DNA of 64,000 nucleotides, from the NCBI GenBank assembly GCA_032718475.1, contig JAUCBJ010007311.1, positions 49,012 to 113,011 of the forward strand, read 5' to 3'. This DNA is from Nemertoderma westbladi (Eukaryota > Animalia > Xenacoelomorpha). The translations under genes were made by a program, and so were the position numbers. Shown here piece after piece: positions 25,334 to 37,514 of this stretch (positions are counted from its first letter, which is position 1; every line of letters starts with the position of its first letter). The notes beneath the pieces were generated by a model. That model ran no database searches and was not told the origin of the DNA. It worked only from the letters and a program-made list of their open reading frames with translations.

Positions 25334-26284
25334 TTCTAATTTATGCTCTAGAAATCAATTAAGTTGTTAGAATTTGAAACGAGATTTAAATTATATATAA
25401 TCTATATATATATATATATTTATTATATTTATTCCCGGTGAGAAGATAGCATCCACCTCAAAGTGCGCTACAATCCCGCTGGATCCCGATCTAGCACCGG
25501 GTGTGGGGTGGAATTCTTTTCTCTCGGAGCCGGCTTTCCAGGCCGCTCCCTATGGGTATGATAATGCTACCCTGTACGCCTGGCGTCCAATGTCGGGCCG
25601 ATCGTGCTCACCTCTCACACGATTTTTGTTTCCCCAACACTTTCGCCCTGACTCTACTCTTCTCTCATACGGACTCTCCTCTCTCCCGCTCTAACTCTCG
25701 GACTTCCTTGTCCCTCACTCAGCCTCTTATTCCTCCCCCCCCCACACTAGAATTGCATCCGCACTCTCTCCGCACTCCGCACTATTGCTCCGTCCCTCTT
25801 TGACTACCTCATCCCTTCTGACGAGTCTCACCCCCCCTCCGTGCCGTCGCACTCAGGAAATGTGAAATCGTCTGGCGTCTCGTCCCTAGTGCCATAGTCA
25901 GTTAGCCCCCCAGTCCCAGTAGCTAATTGAGAAAGGTTGTATGACTGTAGTACTTACACCACTCTCTCCGCACTCCGCACTATCACCTCTCCACTCTCTG
26001 TCACTCCCTAAGGCTTTAATCTCTAATGCTACCTCTGTGCTATCATACTATCTACCTACTACTTACTTACTAACTTCTTATCTAACTAACTCTGCTAACT
26101 ACTAACTCTTACTACTTCTAGCTCTAACTGAGAGCCTCTAACTTTCTACTGACTCTTACTTTCTACTAAGTCTAACTAACTCCTACTAACTCTCTACTTC
26201 TACTAATTCTACTTGACTCCTCTGAGTCTACCAACTCTCTAGCCCTTTAACTAGAACTCCCTAACTCTACTCACTCTTCTAACC

Positions 26285-26890
26285 ACGTGGCGCTTGCGGT
26301 GCCCACAACCACTCTACTATCTGGCACCCTATGTGCCCTTCTACTACTCAACTACCTCTGTAACTCTACTACCTGGCACCCTATGTGCCCTCTCTACTAC
26401 CTCTACCCTATCTCTAACTTACTTCCTTTATATCTACTCCCTTTACGTCTACTCGCCTACACGTGACGCTCTGAATGCCGGCAGAGTGGGTACGTTAATT
26501 ATGTGAACTACTACTAACTCTTACTAACTCTACTAACTCTCTACTAACTCAACTAACTCTACTACTAACTCTCTACAAACTCAACTAACACTCTAACTCT
26601 ACTACCTGGCACCCTATGTGCCCTCTCTACTACTCTACTCTCTGGCACCATATGTGCCCGTCTCTACTACTCTACTCTATCTACATCTCCACCTCAACTA
26701 ATACCTCTATCTACGTGGCGCTTGCGGTGCCCACAACCACTCTCTCCTACTACTTTCTACGTGGCGCTTCCGGTGCCCACGACCCCCCTACTACTACTTT
26801 CTACGTGGCGCTTCCGGTGCCCACGACCCCCCTACTACTACTTTCTATGTGGCGCTTCCGGTGCCCACGACCCCCCTACTACTACTCGTG
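26285..26890. repeat. Short tandem and dispersed repeats (GTGGCGCTTCCGGTGCCCACGACCCCCCTACTACTAC and CTAAC-rich tracts) in the 3' non-coding part of unit 1
   Basis: Directly visible. Confidence 0.75.
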
Positions 26891-27062
26891 GCATGACAAT
26901 ATGCCACACTCCCTTACCCCGCCACCTTCTAACTTAACTCTACTTACTATTATTTTAATTATTTAATTATTTATTAATATTTATTTAAATTAAATAATTA
27001 ATTTTTGTGGGAAGGGCGTCTCGCCCTCATTCCCACCCCCCTCAGTCCAAAACCTTGGACGA

Positions 27063-30000
27063 CTAAACTCTAAGGTGCCCCTTCTTCCAGTTGGCACACT
27101 CCCACTGCCCTCCTATATGTCCTCTTACTCTTTGCCACACCCTCTTCGCCAATTCCACCTGACCAGGGATTGGCTCTCCCCCTTTCACCACCCCAAGGTT
27201 GGGTCTCTCCATCGTCTTCTTAACTAGCTCGTCTCCTGGCATCAAAATGCCACCTCTCTCCTTGTTGTCTCCCGCCGGCAGAATGAATAGAAAGTGAAAG
27301 AACAGGCAGAACAGTAGGTACAATAGTAGTCCTATCCCTTTCCGTCCTGCCTTCCTTCTCGACTTCCCCCTTGTCGGTATGCCCCCAAACCGGACCTGCG
27401 TCTCTTCCGGACACTCCTCTGGACACTCCCCCGGACTATTGTCCTCCTGACACTCCACCGGACACTCCTCCGGAGTGTTGTCCCCCGGACACCCCACCGT
27501 CCGCTCCCTTCCATCCCCACACCGACACCCGCTGGGAAGTCTATTATCCTCCGCCCACTCTCTTATTGTTACTTTCCTGTCTGGCTCTACTATCTCCTCC
27601 GGCTTCTTATCTTCGTCCTCTGTGTCTGCGGTGCCTGGTAACATGCACCCAGATGTCTCTGTCACACTGCATGGGATGTTGGTTTTAACTGGGCCGCTAA
27701 GCGTCCATCCGAACGGCGTGAGGATCGCCGTCGGATCCCGCTGCCTGTCTTCGCCGAAGACCGTCTTCGTTCTCTCGTGGGCCGTCGGGCAGTCCATCCC
27801 TACTATAATGGACACCTTCCTAACGTCCACCTTTGGTATTGAGAAATCGATACCGTCCAGGAATCTATATTGTTCGACCTCAATGTTGGTTGGTCGCCTG
27901 GCGTTGATGTTTATCGATTCTATGACGTGGATGGGGTCGATCGTCGCCCCATAGTCGTATCCCGGTGCAATCGCTGCTATCCTGCACCGCCCCGCCCTCG
28001 TCTCCAGGACCTCATCTTTACTCGAGACGGTAGTCACCGCCATTCTATTCGGCCTTGTCTTTAGCCCTATCTCTTCGGCCACCCAGTTCTCCACCAGCGT
28101 GAAGGCTGCTCCGCTGTCGACCAGCATTAATGTCGTTACTGATCGACCGCCCTCTCCTGATATCTTTACTGGTACTACCCCGAGTAGTACTTTTCTCTTC
28201 TTCTCCTCTTCTGTCGTGCTTGTGGCCATTGCCTGGCCTCCAGTCTCGGACTCTCTAACTGCTGTCTCTCTACACTCTCCGGATCTGTGTCCTTCTACCA
28301 CACATCGATGACATAGTCCGTTTGCGTCTGTGTAGGCTATACGATCTTGTTTGGGCAACGCTTGCCAGTGCTTACAACTCCTGGTCTTATGTGTTCCATC
28401 CCGATGTAATTGACATTCGAATCCTGGATTATAGCGTTCCCTGTATAGTCCTTCACGTATCGCGCGTAGGTTTATATGTACCGATTTAGTGTTTTGGTTG
28501 TCTGTACTCGGCCTACTGGGTATATTGGGATTATGTTTATTTATGGTGTTATTTTTTTTCTGTCCCTGCCACGGTGTGGCCCTGCTACCAGCTAACTGTG
28601 GACTAGCAGTCCCCTGTGTGGCCGCATGTGGTAGTGATTGTCCTACTCTCGGGAATGGATCTGCAGGATCGTGTTCGGGTTTATGGCTTGTCCCCAAACT
28701 ATCCTCGCTATAGACTGGGTCTGTTATTAATTCGGCTTCATAGTTGAGGAAGCTCGACATCTCTTCTAAGCCCGGTTCCGCACCCTTCTTCTCCCGTGTG
28801 GAGAAGGCTATCTTCCTCCACTTCCTTCGTAACCAGATCGGCAGTGCCTGCGCTATCGTGGTGATGTTGTTAGACGCGTTGAGTTCGTATGGTGCGTCTA
28901 GCGTCTTTAACACGATTAACGCCTTCTCGACCTTGTTTGCAAAGGTCCTTATGCTAACGGGATTGTCCTGTAGGCCATCCGATGTTATGCCTCTCAGGGT
29001 TTGCCGGATGATCTTGGCCGGGTGCCCGTATTCCCTATCTAGCGCCCGCCATGCTGTCGTGAAGCCGCCCTCGATGCCCTGGTATTGCCTCACGATGTCG
29101 TATGCTGGGCCTCCTGTATATACTTGCAGATATTTTAGGCACTCCGCCTGCGTCAAGTTCTTACTTAATATTTCGTTACTATACATGCGCCGAAACTGTA
29201 GATATTCTTCCGGCCTACTCCCATCGAATTTAAATGGTTCCACAGGTGGTAACTCGATCCTAGTTTTTAACGCATCGATCAATGTGGCCATTCCCATCGC
29301 TTGCGCTTCTAATGGGTTCGATGGATGTTGTATAGTTTCTCCTGTTGGGTGCGGTCCGTCCGTCCTATCTGTTGTTGTCCTTTGCGTCGGATATATCATT
29401 GGGGGTAACGGCCCCCTCCATATTTCCGTGTCGCATGATCTGTTCTCGTCCAAGGGGTTCGATGTTCTCGCTCCTATTGGGGTATATTGTTGATATTGTG
29501 ATGGGGGAATGTCACCCTGTCCCCCTCCCACCGGTATGTTTGGTACTGGGGTTGATGTTAATATATTGGGGCCCATACATCTATCTGCAATAATTCCCCC
29601 CTCCCCTGGATATATGTTGTGTCCCTGGAAATTATAGTCATGCTGCTGTACCGGTACCGATATAGGCCTATTCACTTCTTGCCTACCTACCGGTATGTAC
29701 TCCGCGACTTCCGGGTTTAATCCCGTCGTCCGCGCTACCCTATCGCCTACTCTATCTCTCCCAGCATGGCCTATAATAGTATGTGCAGTAAGGCCTACAG
29801 TATGTCCTGCAGTCTGCATGTGCCCTTCCGAATCGAAGTTTATTCTTCGCGAATCTCGAATCTCCCCGCGACTACCGTACTCTCGATCGGCAGCTATATC
29901 CCGTCGGGAAGCTTCTCTTCGATCCCCATTCCTGTTCTCTTCTTCGTATCGGTACGTCCTGTACCCCTCTCTTGGTGTGCGGTGCGTTTCTCCGGGGCGA

Positions 30001-32183
30001 CGGCAATCTCCCGAAGTTCGACCCCACTGACTCCCTACCTCCATCTCTACTATCGACGGCTCGCTATCCGTCCTCGCTCTCCGGTTGCTCCTAGCAACGA
30101 CTCTTCTATTATCTTCCTTTCTTCTCTCTTCGACCTCTCGGTTAAACTCTACTAATCTTCTTCTATCTTCGACCTCTCTATTAAACTCTACTAATCTTCT
30201 CTCTTCTGACTGGGCTCGACGTTCCGTCGCCCGCCCTCTCGCGACGTCAACCTGTCTCTCTCTGCTCGATCGCACGCCGCTGGGGATACTCGCAATCCCC
30301 CTATTACTCTCCGTCGCCGGGTGTTGCGGTTTACCTAATTCGGCCCGCGCATTATCCGCCGACGCCTGTGGGACACTCTCTGCCCCCCCTCTCTCGCTAC
30401 TAATCCCTCGCGGTGGGGTGCCCGTAGCCCCCCCCCCCCACCCGCTACTTCTAACTTCACTATCTCTTACTACACTTCTGCGTCCCTCTTGTCGGACACT
30501 CTCTACCCCCTTTCTCTCGCCACTAATCTTCTGTGGTGGGGCGCCCGTAGCCCCCCCCCCCACCCGCCACTTCTAACTTCACTACCTCTTACTACACTTC
30601 TACACCCCTCTTGTGGGGCATTCTCTGCCCCCCCTCTCTCGCCGCTAATCTCATGTGGTGGGGCGCCCGTAGCCCCCCCCCACCCGCCACATCTAACTTC
30701 AATATCTCTTACTTCGTCTCTACACCCCTCTCTAGTCGACACACTGTCTCTACTGCGGCCGGGTCTATTCACCCCCGCCTCTCTCTCTACTACTGCGTGG
30801 CCTACCAGGCCCACCTCGGGTTGGCTCAACTGCGCCACTTCCTGCCTACTAACTACGTGGCCTACCAGGCCGCCGTCTGCCGGGCTATACACGTCTGACG
30901 CGTTCACATTAATAGCACCATTCCCAATATTATTCGTTAAGTCAATTAAATTATTAGAATTTGAAACGGGATTATTATTTAAATTATTTAAGTTAGAATT
31001 ATTATTATTTTCAAAATTTAAATTGCTATTCGAATTATTTGAATTATTTTGATTATTCTGAATATTTGAATTAATATTATTATTTGAATTTAAACTTAAA
31101 TTACTACTACCGGGTAAAATATTTCCTGTAATAAAGGGATTAGGGTTATTTACTACGGTACTATTAATACCAATATTTCCTAACGCACTACTACTACCCC
31201 CCCCCCCCCCCCCCGCCCGTACGGTTACTGTATGTACTGTACGTGTACCGCACGCTCTGTTCTCTTGCCTCACGCTCTTCGCGTTCACTCTCTTGCTCCT
31301 TCCTTCTCCCCATTATCCACTCTAATTTCTCTCTAGTTCTCTCTAATATCTCTCTAGTTTTTAATTCATACGCTGCCAGATTTATCTCCTGCACCCTTCT
31401 TTCTTTTGCGGAGGATGTAGCAGACTTATCGGTTGCGACGGACTCCCGCCGCCCCTCCGTCCTACTAACTTTCCCCCGCTTTCCGGGGTCCTCACTGACC
31501 GACGAGGCCGAATCCTCGGAGCTAACCTCGGATTCGCCCTCGTGCGGTCCCGCCCAACCCACTAACTTAACTTCCCTGGCATCGACTAAGTATGGCCCTA
31601 TGTACACTACACCAGGCCCCATACCCCTACGTTCCCATAGCCCAAACAGTTCGAAGGCAACCCCTCTCGCTCTCTCCTCGGCCAGTTCTCCCTGCCCAGA
31701 ACGCACTAGGTAATCAAAGTATCTGTTCGACTCACCTAGTCGTCTCCTCAACTTCACCTGGTCTATCTCAGCCCCTCCTCTAGCTTCCTTCAGTTGTTCC
31801 CGGGTCGCGGCGTAGGCTCGTCGAAGTCGATCAGAAACCCCGACATCCTCATCGCCGACCTCTCCTCCATCTCTCCGGGTCCGACGTCGTACCGACGGCC
31901 CCACCGTCGCCGTTCCGGTGGACCGTTCGTCGTCCTCGGCCTGTGGCTGGCCGGCGACATCGGTACGTCGACCCTCGCTCCGCGTCGACTCGTCTTTCTC
32001 CCTTTCGACTCCCGACTCGTCTCTTCCTTCTCGTTGTAGACGGCCCCCCTCCGTTTGGATTGCCGGATCGTCTGTAGTTGACGGATCCGGCGTCGTGGGT
32101 CGATGCCGTCTCGCCGCGGCCTCGCGGATCGTTAGGTTGTCGTCCGGGGTCCACGGCGGTGTCGTCTCTCCTATTCGGCTCAT
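27063..32183 (-). CDS. BEL/Pao unit 1: Gag-protease polyprotein with a hydrophobic C-terminal tail, no RT or integrase; frame breaks at or near poly-G runs
   Basis: ORFs 31194..32183, 30503..31288 and 27063..30563; DUF1759-like LPPVEPFKFDG; zinc knuckles CQLH...H...C and CHRC...H...C; aspartic protease LVDSGA. Confidence 0.85.
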
Positions 32184-32242
32184 CTTTGTCTTTGGTGGCT
32201 GGCAGCCACAGTCTGTCAGTTGGTTGGATCTAGTTCTATCAC

Positions 32243-32802
32243 TGTGACGGGATCTACGGATCCCGGTTTATCCGTTTGGGTTTTCTATCTACGCGTCCCC
32301 GCCGTGTATATGAAAAGGTTCGTTAAGAGTTCTGATGTTCGGTAATATGTATAAAGGTATAATAGTCTGATATAGCACAGTTGAAATGGATGACACGGTT
32401 ACCGGTAGATAAGTACTACATGTGATGGCGGTAGCGGACGGTGATAGAAGTCACCGTTCCACCCTACTGAGCTGACTGAGTAAACTGAATAACTGATTGC
32501 ATCGACCGGTAATATATATTGCACGGTTTGGCCTTGTTACAGTACCTAATCGATGCTCCCCCCCTGATTGGCTAATATCCCACTTCTCGCCCTTTCACCT
32601 TCCCTGGTGTGTTTCCCGTTGCCCCTGTTGTTCTCTCTCTGTTAGGGGTTTGGCCCCTGACCCTTATTGTGTGTTTCTCCTTCCCACTTTATTGGGGTGA
32701 CATGAGGTTGATATTGGTAATCAACCTCGTGCTCCCAATATTGCTTTACGGTTTAATGGCTCACTTTATGGGGTTTGGTGAGGCGGAATTGATTCGCTAA
32801 CA
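32243..32802 (-). repeat. 5' LTR (type A)
   Basis: Direct repeat of 15697-16256, upstream of the gag ATG at 32183; TATA-like AATATATATT at 32511-32520. Confidence 0.96.
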
Positions 32803-33207
32803 GTTTGCTGTTTATGCCGATACGGTAACGGCCTGTTTTACCATGTTGGGTTACGTTAGTTTTAGTTTTAGCTAAGTTTTAGTTAGGCAAGGCCATAATT
32901 GACTTGGGTTGACCTTAGCTATTCACGCTAACGCTAATGCTACACGTAAGTGCTCATGCTAATGCTAACACTACACGTAAGTGCCCACACTAACGCTAAT
33001 GCTACACGTAAGTGCTCACACTAACGCTGTCGCTACTTTATGTTGTGTTGTTTTATAGAGTGCCTGATGCTTGATTGTGATGTTTTAGATAGGCACTACT
33101 TGATTGTTTTCTATTTTCTATTTTATGCTTGTTAAATTACTGTTAGGTCAAATAATACGGTATTTAGGCTGTTTCTAGCATAACCCAGTAGCGTAATTAA
33201 TTAGTAT

Positions 33208-35820
33208 TACTACTACTACTACTAGGTCGAGCGAACTCGGACAGTGGAAATGAGATCCTTCCAGGCTTCCCGATTCTCCATAGTTGTCGCAATTTCGTTT
33301 CTCCCAAGTTCAGTATCCCTTTCAAGTTGATCTATATATGTTATGGCAGGTCGTCCACGACCACGCTTTCCATGAGTTGGTTGCCAGAGAAGTAGACCTG
33401 GTATGACCTCGTCTTTACTTCGCCAGCAGTGCCCACTGAATCTTAATCTGCGTTCACAGAGGGTGGTTGATACAGGTGGTATTGTACCATAAAGCTCGGC
33501 GTTTGTCATATGTTGTCTCCAGCTAATGTTTAGGGCTGCCCTTAGTAGTCTTGTGTAGCAAGCATCAATTCGTTGTGGGGCGAGCCACGAAGTTGGCGGA
33601 GCCTTAGCGAATTGACACTGTTAGGGGGTGGGTCAATTTATGCAAATAGTTGTCGTCGTCGTCGTTGTCGTCGTCGTCATCGTTACGATTTTGACATGCT
33701 AATAACTTTGTCGGATTTAAAGCTGCCAAGTTGAAAATTTATAGGTATCAATATGAGCAAAAGTTGAGATTTTTGAAAGACTTTCAGACACCATCAGTGC
33801 AATGGTCTCCCGCTAGAGGGCCACATGTCTAAACATTAAATGCCCTCCCATTTCTTTGCTTTTAATCCGTTTAAGCTGAAACTTGGCAGATATGTATTAG
33901 ACCATTAGCTGTGACTTTCAAAGGAGGCGAATCCATCTGCAGTTCTCCAGTCTGCCGCTAGAGGGCCAAAGGTCTGAAAGTGAAATCGTTGTCGTCGTTA
34001 CGATTTTGACATGCTAATAACTTTGTCGGATTTAAAGCTGCCAAGTTGAAAATTTGTAGGTATCAATATGAGCAAAAGTTGAGATTTTTGAGAGACTTTC
34101 AGACACCATCAGTGCAATGGTCTCCCGCTAGAGGGCCACATGTCTAAACATTAAATGCCCTCCCATTTCTTTGCTTTTAATCCGTTTAAGCTGAAACTTG
34201 GCAGATATGTATTAGACCATTAGCTGTGACTTTCAAAGGAGGCGAATCCATCTGCAGTTCTCCAGTCTGCCGCTAGAGGGCCAAATGTCTGAAAGTGAAA
34301 TCGTTGTCGTCGTTATGATATTGACATGCTTATAACTTTGTCGAATTTAAAGCTGCCAAGTTGAAAATTTGTTTTGTTGAAAATCAGTTCAACAGTCACC
34401 CGCTATAGGACTACTTTATGCCTGAAAGTGAATAGATTCTCCCGTCTCATTGATTTTAATCAGTTTAAGCTGAATCTTGCCATATATTCTGGACCACATG
34501 CTGCGTCTTTGTGGGGGGGGGGGGGGGGGGACATTTAATCGGTCTGCCGCTATACGACGAAATTTCTGAAAGTGAGATCCGTCTCTCATTTCGTTATCCG
34601 TTATTCAAGATGAAACTTGGCCGATGTACGTATGTACTATTCATCCATAGGCTGTGTCTTTGTGGGGCTGGAGACCCTAATCCATCTTCAGTTCTCACTA
34701 TACCGCTAGAGTCAGAAATGTCTGAATAGAAATGAAAGAGGTAAAAAGTGATTAGGCGAAATCTGCTTAAAATTTGCTAATACAGTAATACTTTCGAATT
34801 AGTACTTAAATTAAATTTAAGTCACGTGCTGCGCGAAGGCCCCACTTCGTGTTCAAGTGATTTAGTCAGTGTCCAGGTCTCACCCCCGTATAAAAATACA
34901 CTTTCCACTGTGGCTCGAAAGAACTTAGTCTTCAGGTGCCTGGAGAGATCTGATTTCCAGATGGTATCCATTTTTGATAGAGCTACCCAAGCCTTTGCTT
35001 TCCTAACTTCTATGTCCTTTTTGCTACTCTCTATCCATGATCCAAGGTACTGGAAGTCATCGACCTTCCTTAGTTGATTATTATCAATGGTTGTCAAGTT
35101 TCCATCAACATTAAAGGTCATGAATTCGGTGTTGGTAGCATTTATATGCAATCCAACCTCCTTAGCAGCCCTCTCCACTTTATTTAGTAGAAGGTGTGCA
35201 TCTGCTAGCGTATTAGAGAGCAGGGCGATGTCATCCGCAAAGTCGGTGTCTGTGACTGTAGTTGCCGGATATCTACTACTTCTGCGTTCTTGAAGTGTGA
35301 ATCCCAGATCTTCACCCTTTGTGGCCGTCCTCATTGCGTAATCCAGCACAATTACAAATAGTAATAGTGCTAATGTGTCACCTTGTAGTACGCCAGCCAG
35401 GATTGCGAAAAACGCAGTTTCACCAGCTGGTGAGAGTACCTGCGCTTCTGTGTCACAATATAACAATCCAATGCCAGCAACAATTACTTCTGGTATTCCA
35501 TAAGCTCTTAGGATTTCAAGCATTTTACCTCTATGGATAGAGTTGAATGCCTTCTTGAAGTCCACAAAAGTCATGACTGCGGGGAGATTCTTTGATTTAA
35601 TTCCTTCAATCAGTCTCCGTAGTGCAAGTATCTGAGCTATTGTTGATCTACTTGGTCGAAATCCGTTTTGGCTCTTACGCAGTAGTTTCTCTATGTGAGG
35701 CCTAATCCTATATAGAATCATTTTATTGTATATTTTGGCAGCTACCACAAGCAGACAGATCCCACGATAGTTTGTTGGTATGCCGAGGTCTCCTTTCTTG
35801 GGAAGAGGCTTTAGTTGACC
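33208..35820 (-). mobile_element. 5'-truncated RTE LINE (family A), interrupted by a TGT-bounded element
   Basis: RT ORF 34822..35748 (QNGFR, DFKKAF, GVLQGD, DFADD) continues into 33222..33573; (TAG)n tail. Confidence 0.92.
33574..34852 (+). mobile_element. Non-autonomous TGT-bounded element, copy 2, with a (GTC)n tract and ~3 internal 315-bp tandem repeats
   Basis: Boundaries are exact because the uninterrupted target CAATTCGTTGTTCAAG is present in the RTE copy at ~2032-2047; internal repeats start near 33683, 33998 and 34313. Confidence 0.88.
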
Positions 35821-37514
35821 TTTGTAATTAGTATTACAAATTCTGGAATATCTAATAATTAGTATGCAAACCCGTATGTCTGAGAAATTGTAGTTTACGC
35901 TAGCGCTTAGAATAAATATTAAGAGTTTGTACGCTGCATAGCAGATAATAGTTTTGGTTAAATTACGTTTAGGAAATACTTTAGAATATTAAACGCTAGG
36001 CGGTTATCTAAAAATAGTGGGTCAGCAGGTTAGCAGTGGTAGTGGGCGCAGCGAAGCAGTAAAATCGCTGACTACATTCAGCATAAGGTCAATAAGCCAC
36101 TACTACTACTAGGATCGGCATGCTGCATTGCAGCTGCATTTTTAAGAATGCTGTGCCGGTTTGTCGACAAAATTGCGCCGCCACAACTCCCTATCACCCA
36201 TGACATTTGCTAGATCATCCGCATCTTTAAGGCCAGTGTCCTTTAAGATGCGTCTCAAGAAAGTCATGGGCTGTCCACCATGCTTATTTACTCCATGAGG
36301 CTGCCAAAGTACAAGATTATGCACTGGCTGGTCCTCACGGCGAAAGCAATGTCCTGCAAAGCGGAGGCGATTTTGTTCTAGTGTCAAGCTTGGGGGAACC
36401 AATGAGACACCTCCAATGTTATATAGTGTCTGGTTGGAGATGTGTGCATTGTACTTGACACAATGTACCCGGCGTAGCATTCTTGTGAATGTGCCATCCA
36501 GAGATTTGGTGTCCTCAGCAGTTAGAGCCCAGCATGGACTCCCGTAGAGGAGTACTGGAACTACTGCTGCTCTAAATAATCGGACCTTAAGTTTCCGATT
36601 AATTCTAGGTGACTTCCAAATCCTGGAAAGCCTATTCAAGGCTGCCCATGCCTTTCCCTTACGTATTCGAAGGTCCTCACCTGACTTCCGGATCCATGAT
36701 CCCAGGTAACAGAAATCGTCCACATGCTCAAGCATACCATCCTTTGAGCTTATGCTCATCCAATCAGAGACTTGCTGAGGACTTTCAAAGTTAACTGTCA
36801 AAATTTTGGTCTTTCTGGAGTTAATAAAAAGACCAACACTAGAAGCAGCATGTTCTAATGAGCCGAGGAGCCGCTGGGCTCCCTCTAATGATTCTGAGAG
36901 TACTCCTAAGTCATCAGCAAAGTCTAGATCAGTTATGTACTTGGCAGGATTTCCTCGACTTCTGGAGCCAGTAGGTGGAGTTATCATCACCCCATCATCA
37001 TTATGGTGATCTAAGGACATGCGTAGAATATAGTCAACCACAATTATGAACAAGAATGGTTCAAGTGTGTCTCCCTGGAGGACGCCCCATAACACCTCAA
37101 ATCGTTCTGTGTCACCATCAACAGTAGACACAAATGTTGTCGAACCATGTATACTGATCTGATTGCTGCTATAATTTCATCAGGAATCCCATATAATGAA
37201 AGTATGCTGAACATACGTGAGCGAGAGCCTGAATCAAAGGCATTGAAGAAGTCAACAAAGATAACAGCCAGATGCCTGTCTTTCTTTTTTGATAACTCTT
37301 CAATTATCCTTCTAAGTGCCAAAATGGGCTCCATGGTCCCACGACCTTTACGGAACCCATTCTGATTTCCACGGACCAGTCTCTCAATGGGATCCCTGAT
37401 GCGATTTAATAGAATTCTATTGTATAGATTTACAGCAATTGAGATCAATGAGATTCCCCGAAAAGACCATAGAGTGTTAGGTTGCCCTTCTTGGGAACTG
37501 GCACCAACTTATTT

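Larger units (their letters stand above)
15697..32802 (-). mobile_element. Composite BEL/Pao LTR retrotransposon, 17.1 kb, recent insertion, non-autonomous
   Basis: 560-bp TG...CA LTRs; 5-bp TSD GTTTG (15692-15696 and 32803-32807); BEL/Pao-type Gag, protease (LVDSGA, TPFGW), RT (RMVVDAS, YVDD), Pao RNase H region (PKLEL, WTDS, NPADLLSRG) and integrase, in BEL domain order. Confidence 0.96.

Noticed and set aside
30503-31288. Frame changes in BEL gag as programmed frameshifts
   Set aside because: They coincide with long G homopolymers, so slippage mutation or sequencing error is more likely.
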